From Microcystis aeruginosa NIES-843 (GTDB lineage Bacteria; Cyanobacteriota; Cyanobacteriia; Cyanobacteriales; Microcystaceae), in contig NC_010296.1 of assembly GCF_000010625.1 (NCBI RefSeq), positions 5,280,001 through 5,312,000 of the forward strand: a DNA stretch of 32,000 bases, given 5' to 3'. Both the position numbers and the translations under genes were made by a program. Below the pieces are notes generated by a model. The model saw nothing but the letters and a program-made list of their open reading frames with translations, did not search any database and was not told the origin of the DNA. This document shows positions 9,787 through 19,869 of this stretch, in pieces (within the stretch, counting starts at the first letter, position 1; every line of letters begins with the position of its first letter).

Positions 9787-9816
9787 AATTTTCAGTCAAA
9801 AGTAAAGTAATAATTT

Positions 9817-10650
9817 CTAACCCTGGGTACGACGGCGTACGATGAGATCGCTACTGCGTTTTTTCTTGTTGCGAGTTTTGCGGCCGAGGGCGGGTTTACC
9901 CCAGGGAGTCATCGGGCCGGAACGTCCGATCGGAGCGCGACCCTCTCCACCTCCGTGCGGGTGATCCACTGGGTTCATGACGCTACCCCGAACATGAGGT
10001 CGTTGACCGCGGTGACGGGTACGGCCGGCTTTACCGAGACTGATATTTCTCGCTTCGGCGTTACCGACTTTTCCGATGGTGGCGTAGCATTCACGCCGGA
10101 TCATGCGGACTTCTTTGGAGGGGAGGCGGATGGTAACGTAATCGCCTTCTTTGGCTACCACTTGGGCGAAACCACCGGCAGCCCGCACCATTTGACCACC
10201 GCGACCGGGGACGAGTTCGATGTTATGAACTTCTGTCCCTAGGGGGATGCGACTTAAGGGCAGGGCATTACCGACCTCGAAGGGAGCGTTTTCTCCGGCG
10301 ATGACGGTATCACCAACGCCTAAACCGGCGGGGGCGATGATGTAGCGTTTTTCCCCGTCTTTGTAGAAAAGCAGGGCAATGCGGGCGTTACGGTTAGGAT
10401 CGTACTCGATCGCCGCTACTTTGGCCGGAATATCCCGTTTATCGCGACGAAAATCGATAATCCGGTAGAGGCGTTTATGACCGCCGCCCCGGTGACGACT
10501 GGTAACGACACCGCGATTATTACGCCCCTGTTTACTGTGTTTGTGATGAGTTAGGGACTTTTCCGGTTCGGTTTTGGTGATCTCTTTAAAGTCGGAGATG
10601 GCCGCCTGCCTTGTCCCGGGGGTTAAAGGTCTAAAAGAGCGAATACCCAT
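9817..10650 (-). CDS. rplB: 50S ribosomal protein L2
   Basis: 277 aa with typical L2 sequence. Confidence 0.97.
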   Translation of the reverse strand: MGIRSFRPLTPGTRQAAISDFKEITKTEPEKSLTHHKHSKQGRNNRGVVTSRHRGGGHKRLYRIIDFRRDKRDIPAKVAAIEYDPNRNARIALLFYKDGEKRYIIAPAGLGVGDTVIAGENAPFEVGNALPLSRIPLGTEVHNIELVPGRGGQMVRAAGGFAQVVAKEGDYVTIRLPSKEVRMIRRECYATIGKVGNAEARNISLGKAGRTRHRGQRPHVRGSVMNPVDHPHGGGEGRAPIGRSGPMTPWGKPALGRKTRNKKKRSSDLIVRRRTQG

Positions 10651-10683
10651 AGTTTAGTTTTCCGTTATCGGGTTTCTTGGTGG

Positions 10684-10989
10684 TTATACGTCAGGATAGA
10701 GGGTGATCGAGTCGCCTGCTGCTAGGGTCACGATCGCACGTTTGTATTGGGGTTTGTAACCGAGGAAACGGCCGACGCGTTTTTTCTGACGAGAGGGGCG
10801 GCTGGTGTTCACTTTCGTTACTTTCACGTCAAACAGCAGTTCGATCGCCGCTTGAATTTCCGGCTTAGTCGCTTTCAATGCGACATCGAAGACGTATTTA
10901 TTTTGTTCTAGGAGTAGGGTGGCTTTCTCGGTCACGATCGGCTTTAGGATCAGATCGGCGAGTTGTCTGGCTTCAGTTTTAAGCACCAT
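10684..10989 (-). CDS. rplW: 50S ribosomal protein L23
   Basis: I place the start at ATG 10989, which is preceded by GAGGAGG. The ORF-track start at 11001 is a TTG that lies inside that Shine-Dalgarno-like sequence. Confidence 0.9.
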   Translation of the reverse strand: MVLKTEARQLADLILKPIVTEKATLLLEQNKYVFDVALKATKPEIQAAIELLFDVKVTKVNTSRPSRQKKRVGRFLGYKPQYKRAIVTLAAGDSITLYPDV

Positions 10990-11611
10990 AGACCTCCTCA
11001 ATTTTAGCTAGGGCTGCGGCGGTGGCGATAACTCGATCGGCTAGGATGACATCATAGACGTTGAGACTATCGGCGCGAATAATTTTGAGATTGCAGATAT
11101 TACGTCCCGATAAATAGACATTTTCGGGAATTTCCGTCAAAATCAGCAGAATTTTTTCCTCTGGACTGGCTCCCCAGCGACTTAAGGCAGCGGTGAGTTC
11201 CTTGGTTTTGGGTTGGGAGAATTGTTCGGCGAAGCTTTCAACCACGATAAAGTTATCGGCCTGGCTGATCAAAGCGGTTCTCAGGGCTAATCTTTTCTCT
11301 TTGCGATTGACCTTAACCTCAAAATCTCTCGGTTTTGGTCCGAAGATGACACCGCCACCACGCCAGAGGGGAGAACGGATCGAACCGGCCCGGGCGCGAC
11401 CGGTGCCTTTTTGCCGCCAGGGTTTGCGACCACCGCCGCGCACTTCCGAGCGGGTTTTGCTGGAGGCGTTACCTTGGCGGGCCGCCGCTAGATGGCTGAC
11501 GACGACGCGGTGAATTAGGTGTTTGGCGGTTTCGGGTTTAGCGGTTTTCAGTTCCAGGGTGCCTGTTCCCGCTTCTTCCCCTTGCCAATTTTTGACTGTG
11601 TAGTTAACCAT
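10979..11611 (-). CDS. rplD: 50S ribosomal protein L4
   Basis: 210 aa with typical L4 sequence. Confidence 0.96.
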   Translation of the reverse strand: MVNYTVKNWQGEEAGTGTLELKTAKPETAKHLIHRVVVSHLAAARQGNASSKTRSEVRGGGRKPWRQKGTGRARAGSIRSPLWRGGGVIFGPKPRDFEVKVNRKEKRLALRTALISQADNFIVVESFAEQFSQPKTKELTAALSRWGASPEEKILLILTEIPENVYLSGRNICNLKIIRADSLNVYDVILADRVIATAAALAKIEEVYGA

Positions 11612-11631
11612 GGCTTTAATCTTTCCTTGCC

Positions 11632-12270
11632 CTATTTACCAAATTTCTTGGCGGGGGTGATGTTTAACAGGGTTCCTGGTTTGCCCGGGACGGCTCCTTT
11701 GATCAGGATCAGGTTGCGTTCGCTATCGATTTTGACCACGGACAATTTGCGGATGGTCACTTGGGTTGATCCGTATTGTCCAGCCATTCTCTTACCCGGG
11801 AAGACGCGGCCGGGGGTAGTACCGGCGCCGGTGGAACCGGGGAGACGGTGGTTTTTGGAACCGTGGGTCATGTTACCGCGCTTGAAGTTATGGCGTTTTT
11901 GATAGCCGGAGAACCCCCGTCCGATGGTGGTTCCAGCCACATCTACCAAATCGCCTTCTTGGAAGATGTCGGCGGTAATTTCTTGGCCTAAAGTGTAAGC
12001 GGATGCGTCCTCAAGACGGTATTCGATTAAATGCCGCAGGGGGGAGACACCGGCTTTGGCTAAATGACCGAGCAGCGGTTTGTTGAGGGCTTTTTCTTTG
12101 ACGGTTTTGTATCCCACTTGGATGGATTCATAACCGTCGGTTTTTTTAGTTTTGACTTGGGTGACGGGACAAGGACCTGCTTGAACGACGGTGACGGGAA
12201 TGGCGACTCCCGTTTTGTTGTCGAAGATTTGGGTCATGCCCAGTTTTGTACCGAGGATACCGATAGACAC
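11632..12270 (-). CDS. rplC: 50S ribosomal protein L3
   Basis: 212 aa, [16 protein letters not shown]... First gene of the cluster. Confidence 0.97.
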   Translation of the reverse strand: MSIGILGTKLGMTQIFDNKTGVAIPVTVVQAGPCPVTQVKTKKTDGYESIQVGYKTVKEKALNKPLLGHLAKAGVSPLRHLIEYRLEDASAYTLGQEITADIFQEGDLVDVAGTTIGRGFSGYQKRHNFKRGNMTHGSKNHRLPGSTGAGTTPGRVFPGKRMAGQYGSTQVTIRKLSVVKIDSERNLILIKGAVPGKPGTLLNITPAKKFGK

Positions 12271-12588
12271 GGATTGTTCTCTTTATCTTTACTAGACGAC
12301 AATCAAAAATAACGTGGCCGTGGCTATAGGAGCGGGAAAGATTTTTCCCACTTTATCAGCCTGCCCAACTTGAATGACTTTTTTCGAGTTATTTAAGCTG
12401 GCATCCCGTTAAATTCGTAAGTAAGACTAGACAGGGTTGCTGGTTCTGCCTAGATTGTTGCTGGTCTTTGTTTCTTCAGGACTTAAAGGGTTTATCTTCA
12501 GTATCCCGGCGAAGACCGAGCGACCAAGGCGGTTCTGCTCAGCAGTGCCTTCAGCACCACCTAACACCGATTTTGGCCACGATCAAAC

Positions 12589-12618
12589 ATTATATAATAT
12601 TTGTGACTTTTTAGGCAA
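12589..12618 (-). promoter_or_regulatory. Candidate sigma70-type promoter for the rplC operon
   Basis: On the minus strand: TTGCCT (12618..12613), an 18-nt spacer, then TATAAT (12594..12589). This would give a leader of roughly 310 nt. Confidence 0.3.
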
Positions 12619-12739
12619 GAGGTTTTTTTAGTCACCGGAAATGATCAGGTCTAGTCTGGTCAAATTATTTGTACCATTCGGCGGTCTTCAGCAGCGATGG
12701 GGGCAGACCGAGCCAATAGATTCAATTATAGTAGTTATA

Positions 12740-12756
12740 TTAATGGTGAGGTACAA
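12740..12756 (-). promoter_or_regulatory. 17-nt motif TTGTACCTCACCATTAA (sense to the rplC operon), also present upstream of rpsP
   Basis: Exact 17-nt match to 21982-21998 in inverted genomic orientation. On the minus strand here it reads TTGTAC, 17 nt, TACTAT, which is promoter-like. Confidence 0.3.
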
Positions 12757-13178
12757 AGTTTTCCTTTTGGGGAATCAGTCGTCGGTGGTCGATACCAAAT
12801 TAGGTTACACTTATTGATGTTGACATACCCCACGCCGTAAACGGACGTGGATTCTTCTCGCATCACTGCTGTGAATTTCTGGCTCAACGAGTCCACTTGA
12901 ATTAGATTCCTGGCGAAATCCCACCCAGAGGTGGTTCTCTCCTCAGACTTTCGCGACCTTACAGAAGCCTGTTCTCGGTGGCCCCTACGATACAGTTCAA
13001 AACCTCTAAAATAATTGGTTTCTTTGGTACTTGACGCTGAGAGCTTTTACCTATAGGAGCATTCCCCTAGAGAACCCCATAACTCTAGTTTTCAAGGTGC
13101 GTTCATCGGTTGATGACTGGGTTTTTTAAGCGGTTGCTTACCCGGCCCCCTATTCTTAATATCATACATCCTATAAAG

Positions 13179-13195
13179 TCGCCCTCAAAGGGCGA
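13179..13195 (-). terminator. Candidate terminator hairpin downstream of glnB
   Basis: Stem tcgccct/agggcga (7 bp) with a 3-nt loop, about 70 nt after the glnB stop. On the minus strand it is followed by a moderately U-rich CUUUAUAGG. Confidence 0.4.
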
Positions 13196-13265
13196 GGCTT
13201 TAAACCCAATTTTTCGGTAAATGAGGGGGGATGACAGCAGGGTACTATCATCCCTTGTTTGGAGG

Positions 13266-13646
<381 letters not shown>

Positions 13647-13783
13647 TTACCTGTTAATTCTAAACTCGGAATCCCAAGAATAGTGCTTAAAGTCATGATT
13701 TCTTCAATTATTGCCCTTGGCCACAGTCTTCTGCGGTGAAAAATCTCCAGGTGGGAATTGGCCCACCCGAAGCCATAAACCAA

Positions 13784-14269
13784 CTAGAGAGATAATCCCA
13801 ACTGAAGACCGAAAACACCGTGAACTAGCAGTAAAATCAGGGCAATACTGCCGATATAAGCGTGAATAGTCCGGAAAAGTTCTTTTTTCTCGCCAGCGAA
13901 GCCAGTGAGGGACAATAATCCATTGAAAGCTAATAAACCGATCGCGATCGATCCTGTCCAGAAATGGCTGCTTTCGAGGATTGGATGTTTCTGCATAACC
14001 AGGGATAAAATACCGCCGGTGTAACCGAGAGCGATAAATAAAAACAGCCAGGGGGCGAGTTTGCGGTGATCAGCCCGATTTTTGGCCACTACTTCCCCAT
14101 CTTTGCTTAAACGGCTTTGCCAACCGGCATAGGCAGTATAACTACCCATAACTAAAACCACGATCCCCATCATGACTGGATGTCCCCAATGAACGATCGG
14201 TTCGGGAGTTCCGAGACCGCGAAAGGCAGCGGCGATCGGCTCTAGCGCATCACTTAAACTTTGATTCAT
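13784..14269 (-). CDS. Conserved integral membrane protein (DUF4079-like, from memory)
   Basis: 161 aa with about 4 hydrophobic segments and several His residues within them. Confidence 0.6.
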   Translation of the reverse strand: MNQSLSDALEPIAAAFRGLGTPEPIVHWGHPVMMGIVVLVMGSYTAYAGWQSRLSKDGEVVAKNRADHRKLAPWLFLFIALGYTGGILSLVMQKHPILESSHFWTGSIAIGLLAFNGLLSLTGFAGEKKELFRTIHAYIGSIALILLLVHGVFGLQLGLSL

Positions 14270-14467
14270 GTTTGTTACCTAACTTTACAAAACCCTCTCG
14301 CCTAAGATTTTAGCCGATCTCTGGCCTAGAAAAACTTCGGTTAGCCGAAAAAATGTCAAGCCTTCGCTAAATTTCTTAACATTTCAGCTAGAGATTAGCG
14401 GAGAAATATAGAATAAAGTCAGGGGGGACTAGGGATCCCCACGGGGATTAGCCCCTAGGAGGGAGTT

Positions 14468-15127
14468 ATGACTTATCTGCTCAAAGATCGGCGATCAGCA
14501 GGGAGACTATTAGCTAGTTACTTGACAGAATATACCAATAGTGCTGGGGTGCTAGTTTTGGCTTTGCCCCGGGGTGGGGTTCCGATCGCCTTTGAAATTG
14601 CCCAAAGGTTACATTTACCCCTAGATCTGTGTTTAGTGCGAAAATTAGGTGTACCGGAGCGCAAAGAGTTAGCTTTTGGGGCGATCGGTCAAAATGGTGT
14701 GCGGGTAATCAATGAAAGTATCGTTGACGACTTGCACCTATCGGAGGCGATGATGGAACGGGTAGCAAAGGAAGAAATGATCGAATTAGAGCGACGCGAT
14801 CGCTTGTATCGAGGTGAGCGACCCTTTCCGGACGTGACAGGAAAAACGATTATTCTAGTAGATGATGGTATCGCTACGGGAGCAACGATTAAAGCGGCGA
14901 TTCTGACCCTTAAGGCTGGAAATCCCGCTGCTATTATTATTGCTGTTCCTATTGCCCCAGTGGAAGTCTGTGATCAATTAGAAAAATTAGTTGATCGAGT
15001 AATTTGCCTACATAAACCCTACGAATTGAGATCAATTTCTCTTTGGTACGAAGATTTTTCCCAAACCAGCGATGAGGAAGTGCAAACACTTTTAGCCACC
15101 GTCGATAGTTCTTTGATTCAAGTTTAG
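14468..15127 (+). CDS. Phosphoribosyltransferase family protein
   Basis: 219 aa with a PRPP-binding motif, ILVDDGIATGATI. Confidence 0.8.
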   Translation: MTYLLKDRRSAGRLLASYLTEYTNSAGVLVLALPRGGVPIAFEIAQRLHLPLDLCLVRKLGVPERKELAFGAIGQNGVRVINESIVDDLHLSEAMMERVAKEEMIELERRDRLYRGERPFPDVTGKTIILVDDGIATGATIKAAILTLKAGNPAAIIIAVPIAPVEVCDQLEKLVDRVICLHKPYELRSISLWYEDFSQTSDEEVQTLLATVDSSLIQV

Positions 15128-15149
15128 GGAGAAGGGAGAGGGAATTAGG

Positions 15150-15248
15150 AAGTGGGGGAGTGGGGAAGTGGGGGAGTGGGGAAGTGGGGTAGTGGGGAGA
15201 TGGGGAGATGGGGAGATGGGGAAGTGGGGTAGTGGGGAGATGGGGAGA
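15150..15248 (+). repeat. G-rich heptamer array (GTGGGGA/GATGGGG)n
   Basis: More than 12 GGGG tracts spaced by 3 nt, lying between convergent genes. Confidence 0.9.
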
Positions 15249-15301
15249 ATAAATAACAGCAATCTCCTGAATTCAGAAGTCAGAATTGAGACTTACGAAT
15301 T

Positions 15302-15604
15302 CTAACTTCTGACTTCTACGGCATCGGTATCAACGGCATTGGTTGGGGAAGAAACCTCGGTTTGATTCTTTACTGTCCCCGGACGGCGATTGCGATAATC
15401 AAGAACTAATCGCGATAATTCCGTGGTTAAAAGGGTGAGGACAATACCATCATCGATCCAACCAATAATCGGGAAAACGTCAGGAGAAATATCGAGGGGG
15501 CTAAACAGATAAACCATAGTTCCCAGAATGATAATCCAACGATATTGGGGGTGAGTGATTTTGCTGCTGTACCAGTTGTAAAAAGATTCAACAATCGGTT
15601 TCAT
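15302..15604 (-). CDS. DUF1232/YkvA-like small membrane protein
   Basis: 100 aa with the motif DISPDVFPIIGWIDDGIV. Confidence 0.7.
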   Translation of the reverse strand: MKPIVESFYNWYSSKITHPQYRWIIILGTMVYLFSPLDISPDVFPIIGWIDDGIVLTLLTTELSRLVLDYRNRRPGTVKNQTEVSSPTNAVDTDAVEVRS

Positions 15605-15977
15605 TAATTTGTCCTCGTTGACGGCGATAATTTAATTTTGTCAGGTTGTCCCCGGGGCTGATAGTGAGGTTTTACCCCCATTATCTAGGGTGATATCCGC
15701 TAATTAATCAAAAAAAAAGCCCAGAAGAAAATTCACCTTTAGGGATGAGCCTGAATTATTAAGCTAAGACGTATTTAAACCGCTTATTCTTAATGATCAG
15801 CCGAATTTCCTCCAATCCCTTTACTGTTGCCTCTTGCCAGAGTGTCTCTTGCCTCGTCTCAACAAGCAATTTAAATTATGAACAGCTTATTACTGGATGC
15901 TTAAGAGGGGAGATAGTGGCATCTTTATCCCCTATAATAGGCGATAACAAACTAATCAATTATCTGCCAGTTTAAGG

Positions 15978-16787
15978 ATGGAAACCCTCTTTCATCTAGT
16001 TACTTTTGCCTTTGTCTTCGCTTTTGGTGCCTCGGTGGGCAGTTTTTTAAACGTGGTCATCTATAGATTACCTAAGGGGATATCTCTAGTTTATCCCCCT
16101 TCCCACTGTCCGAAATGTCACCATAGGTTAGGTAAAAGCGAGAATATACCTGTTTTAGGCTGGTTATGGCTAGGGGGTCGCTGTCGCTGGTGTAGAACCG
16201 CGATTTCTGTCCGTTATCCAGCGATCGAAACTTTGACCGGTTTGTTATTTTGTCTGGTTTTAGGAGATTTTAGCTTTTCTTGGCAGACCCTCGGCTATTG
16301 GATTCTGCTAAGTTGGTTATTAGCTTTAGCTTTGATCGATTTTGACACGATGACGCTTCCCAACTGCCTCACCCAATCGGGATTAGTTTTAGGGATAGTT
16401 TTCCAAACTCTTTTAGGTTGGCAAAATAATCAAAGTGTTATCTATCTCTTTTCAGCGATCGCTAGTGCGGTTTTAGGAGTCTGGTTATTTGATCTGATCC
16501 GGTGGGGGGGAAGTTTTGCCCTCAGACAGCAGGCCATGGGGGGAGGAGATGCCAAATTAGCGGCCATGATCGGTGCTTGGTTAGGATGGCAAGCATTATT
16601 AGTCACCGCTTTTCTGGCCTGCGCTATCGGGGCAGCGATCGGTATGACGGGCATTTTTCTGGGTAAAATGGCAAAAAAACAAGCTATACCCTTCGGCCCG
16701 CTTCTTGCCCTCGGCGCTCTGATGAGTGTCTTTTGGAGTGATAAGATCATCTCAGCCTATCAAACCATTTTTTTCCCTTTGTTGTAA
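15978..16787 (+). CDS. pilD: Prepilin peptidase (A24 family, type IV)
   Basis: 269 aa. N-terminal Cys pairs CPKC...CRWC and a GGGDAKLAAMIGAWLGW motif. Confidence 0.9.
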   Translation: METLFHLVTFAFVFAFGASVGSFLNVVIYRLPKGISLVYPPSHCPKCHHRLGKSENIPVLGWLWLGGRCRWCRTAISVRYPAIETLTGLLFCLVLGDFSFSWQTLGYWILLSWLLALALIDFDTMTLPNCLTQSGLVLGIVFQTLLGWQNNQSVIYLFSAIASAVLGVWLFDLIRWGGSFALRQQAMGGGDAKLAAMIGAWLGWQALLVTAFLACAIGAAIGMTGIFLGKMAKKQAIPFGPLLALGALMSVFWSDKIISAYQTIFFPLL

Positions 16788-17057
16788 AAAAGCTATCTTG
16801 TAATTAAATCTTGATACAATAGTCTTCCGTGTCTTGGATCACCATTAGAACAACCCCCAGTCTAGGGTAAGCCGATTGGCTACAGGAAATGCTCAAAGCT
16901 CACGACATCCCCAGTTGCGTTATCGCTATTGGCCTTGGTATTTATTGCGGCCAGGGGCATCAGGCCGCCCTACAAGTGCGTCCCCAAGATCGCTGGACAG
17001 CACTTTTGTTATTAAGTCCTCTAGAGGAAAGTCTATAAATTGTCTTTATTTTAAACT

Positions 17058-18008
17058 ATGTCTCTATTTGATTGGTTTGCAAATCGCCAAAAAACAGAAC
17101 CCAAGGTTCAACAACAACAGGAACGAGAAATAGCCGATGGTCTATGGACAAAATGCCCAAATTGCGGCGTTTTGGCCTATACGAAGGATTTATTAGCTAA
17201 TCAACTGGTTTGTCTCGATTGCGGTCATCATAATCGGGTGGAAAGTGAAGAAAGAATTCGCCAGTTAGTGGATGCTAATACTTGGAATTGCCTCGATGAA
17301 CAGATTCGACCGACGGATCCGCTCAAATTTCGCGATCGGAAAAGTTATAGCGATCGCCTGCGGGAAACCCAAGAAAAAACCGGACTGACGGATGCTGTCC
17401 GGACGGGAACGGGGACGATCGATGGTTTACCCTTAGCTTTAGGGGTGATGGACTTCCGTTTTATGGGGGGTAGCATGGGATCGGTGGTGGGAGAAAAACT
17501 CTGTCGTTTGACGGAACAAGCTACCGATGAAAGTTTACCCCTGGTGATTATCTGCGCTTCTGGCGGGGCGAGAATGCAGGAAGGAATGTTAAGTTTAATG
17601 CAGATGGCCAAGATTTCCGGTGCCCTTAACCGGCATCGAGAAGCAAAGTTACTCTATATTCCCGTCTTGACTAATCCCACCACGGGAGGAGTCACGGCCA
17701 GTTTTGCCATGTTGGGAGATATTATTATCGCCGAACCAAAGGCTACTATCGGTTTTGCCGGTAAACGGGTAATTGAACAGACTTTGCGCGAGAAATTACC
17801 GGAAGGTTTCCAAACATCGGAATACCTATTAAAACACGGGTTTGTCGATGCGATCGTTCCCCGTACCCATCTCAAGAAAACCCTCGCTCAATTAATTAGT
17901 TTACATCAACCCTTTTTCCCCTTGTTATCCCCCCTCAACAGCCATCATCACTACGGTCAGCCGGAGTTAATCCCTCTGAAAACAGCCCAAGGTCAAACAA
18001 CAGTTTAA
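17058..18008 (+). CDS. accD: Acetyl-CoA carboxylase carboxyltransferase beta subunit
   Basis: 316 aa with a Zn-ribbon CPNCG...CLDCGHH and a carboxyltransferase core. Confidence 0.95.
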   Translation: MSLFDWFANRQKTEPKVQQQQEREIADGLWTKCPNCGVLAYTKDLLANQLVCLDCGHHNRVESEERIRQLVDANTWNCLDEQIRPTDPLKFRDRKSYSDRLRETQEKTGLTDAVRTGTGTIDGLPLALGVMDFRFMGGSMGSVVGEKLCRLTEQATDESLPLVIICASGGARMQEGMLSLMQMAKISGALNRHREAKLLYIPVLTNPTTGGVTASFAMLGDIIIAEPKATIGFAGKRVIEQTLREKLPEGFQTSEYLLKHGFVDAIVPRTHLKKTLAQLISLHQPFFPLLSPLNSHHHYGQPELIPLKTAQGQTTV

Positions 18009-18093
18009 TCTCTGTAAGACGGCACTGGAGTTGAAAGTCTGAGCATTTGTACTAAAATTTCCCGATCGGCAGTTTCAATGTAGTACAGCTTAC

Positions 18094-18477
18094 TTAACTG
18101 GGTTGACAGCGATCGCAAAGTCCAAAAAATTCGAGAGTGTGGTAATAAACCTTGAATTGGTGTGATTTTTCGAGTTTTTCTTCCAATTCGTGAACGGGAC
18201 ACTCATTAAAGACGATAGACCGACCGCAATGAATACAGGTAAGATGGTGTTGATCCTGCTGAACGGAACTGTAGAGGGATTCTCCTGTGGCTAGGGTTCT
18301 CACCTGCACTGCTCCCTGTAGTTTTAGGGATTCTAGGGCGCGGTAAACAGTGGCTAACCCCATATTTTGGTCACGCTGACGGAGTTCCACAAACAATTCT
18401 TGAGCGGATACTGCCCGATTTAAGGTTTTGAGTAAGTGGATAATGCGCTCTTGCGATCGGGTGCGTTGGGATTTCAT
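18094..18477 (-). CDS. Fur-family metalloregulator
   Basis: Winged-helix N-terminus. HHLTCIHCG and CDRC metal-binding pairs. I place the start at ATG 18477; the ORF track extends to a TTG at 18498. Confidence 0.85.
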   Translation of the reverse strand: MKSQRTRSQERIIHLLKTLNRAVSAQELFVELRQRDQNMGLATVYRALESLKLQGAVQVRTLATGESLYSSVQQDQHHLTCIHCGRSIVFNECPVHELEEKLEKSHQFKVYYHTLEFFGLCDRCQPS

Positions 18478-18508
18478 ATCAAAAAGGTCAGCGATCAAAG
18501 TTAATTCT

Positions 18509-18784
18509 ATGCCAAAAAATTATCAGTGCTGTATTTATGTTACCCTGCGCCCTTCGGTTCTCGATCCGGCGGGTACGGCGGTAGAGTCGGGATTAAAGCA
18601 ATTAGGTTATGATACTGTGGCTGGGGTGCGAATTGGTAAGTATATTGAGCTTACCGTGACAGCAGCGGACGAAACCAGCGCTCGCGCTCAATTGGCTCAA
18701 ATGTGCGATCAACTATTGGCTAATCCTGTAATTGAAAATTATCGCTTTGATTTGCATTGTCAGGAGATAGGGGATAGGGATTAG
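18509..18784 (+). CDS. purS: Phosphoribosylformylglycinamidine synthase subunit PurS
   Basis: I place the start at ATG 18509 (MPKNYQCCIYVTLRPSVLDPAG...), giving about 91 aa. The upstream extension in the ORF track overlaps the Fur-family gene on the other strand. Confidence 0.9.
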   Translation: MPKNYQCCIYVTLRPSVLDPAGTAVESGLKQLGYDTVAGVRIGKYIELTVTAADETSARAQLAQMCDQLLANPVIENYRFDLHCQEIGDRD

Positions 18785-18865
18785 GGGATAGGGAAATGGG
18801 GGATTAGGGGATAGGGAAATGGGAGAATGGGGAAATTCAACTAATACCCTAACACCCTAACACCC
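18766..18865. repeat. G-rich (GGGGATA/GGGATTA) array followed by a C-rich CCCTAA(C)A arm
   Basis: Overlaps the purS 3' end and the purS-purQ spacer. It contains TTAGGGG on one arm and CCCTAA on the other. Confidence 0.8.
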
Positions 18866-18911
18866 ATCTGATGAGAGCTTTTTGCAAAATGAATTAACCA
18901 AGTTAAAAATT

Positions 18912-19598
18912 ATGAAGTTTGGGATTATTGTTTTCCCTGGATCGAATTGCGATCGAGATGTGGCAACGGTGACGGAGGGGATTTTTCAGCAACCTACCCG
19001 CTATGTTTGGCATCAAGAGACGGATCTAGGGGATTTGGATGTGATCGTGGTGCCGGGGGGATTTAGTTACGGCGATTATTTGCGCTGTGGTGCGATCGCT
19101 CGGTTTTCGCCGGCGATGAAAACTGTCCGAGAAGAAGCCGAAAAAGGTAAATTAGTTTTAGGCATCTGTAACGGTTTTCAGGTATTAACGGAAATTGGGC
19201 TGCTACCCGGTGCGTTAATTCGTAATCGCGATTTACATTTTATCTGCGATCGAGTGCCGGTAAAAGTGGAAAATAATCAATCTGTCTGGACGCGAGGTTA
19301 TCAACCGCAACAGGTGCTTAATTTGCCGATTGCCCACGGGGAAGGGCGTTATTATGCCGCAGAAGATACGTTAAAATCTCTGGAGGATAACGGACAAATT
19401 CTCTTTCGTTACTGTACTGCCACAGGAGAGGCAAATGAGTCGGGAAATCCTAACGGTTCGTTAAATAATATTGCAGGAATTAGCAATAAAGCAGGAAATG
19501 TGCTAGGAATGATGCCTCATCCCGAACGCGCCGCCGATCGGATGCTCAATTTGACCGATGGGAGTCTGTTATTTCAGGAGTTGATCAATTGTTGTTGA
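18912..19598 (+). CDS. purQ: Phosphoribosylformylglycinamidine synthase I (glutaminase subunit)
   Basis: I place the start at ATG 18912 (MKFGIIVFPGSNCDRD). Contains the GICNGFQ nucleophile elbow and an HPER motif. Confidence 0.95.
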   Translation: MKFGIIVFPGSNCDRDVATVTEGIFQQPTRYVWHQETDLGDLDVIVVPGGFSYGDYLRCGAIARFSPAMKTVREEAEKGKLVLGICNGFQVLTEIGLLPGALIRNRDLHFICDRVPVKVENNQSVWTRGYQPQQVLNLPIAHGEGRYYAAEDTLKSLEDNGQILFRYCTATGEANESGNPNGSLNNIAGISNKAGNVLGMMPHPERAADRMLNLTDGSLLFQELINCC

Positions 19599-19801
19599 CT
19601 AGACCTCTTGTAAAAATCAAAAATTGTTGTTAGGGTCAGGAGTCAGTAGCCGGTCGTCAGGAGTCAGGAGAATTAAAAATGAATAATAATCAATTAAATG
19701 GTCTATTTACCGACTTTAGGCAATTTAATCCTTATTTTTGCCCTTTTTCAACCCTCAAGTAGTTGGGTTTTTGGGGTTTTGGGGTTTTAGTTGAAATTTC
19801 C

Positions 19802-19865
19802 CTGATAACTGATAACTTACCCACTGATAACTGATAACTGATAACTGATAACTGATAACTGATAA
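19802..19865 (+). repeat. Heptamer array (CTGATAA)n = (ATAACTG)n in the plus sense
   Basis: Eight units with one interruption. It ends 4 nt before the GTG start of the CDF gene. Confidence 0.9.
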
Positions 19866-19869
19866 TCCT

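Noticed and set aside
3557-12312. Numerous plus-strand ORFs overlapping the ribosomal protein genes (e.g. 3557..3751, 3985..4323, 7519..7836, 9538..9777, 11193..11513, 11519..11902, 12064..12312)
   Set aside because: They lie antisense to unambiguous, highly conserved ribosomal protein genes. Their products are low-complexity or Pro/Arg/Ser-rich, as expected of shadow ORFs.
15793-17133. ORFs 15793..15975, 16442..16750 and 16876..17133
   Set aside because: They are short with no recognisable family. They either overlap pilD or accD on the other strand or in another frame, or they sit in promoter regions.
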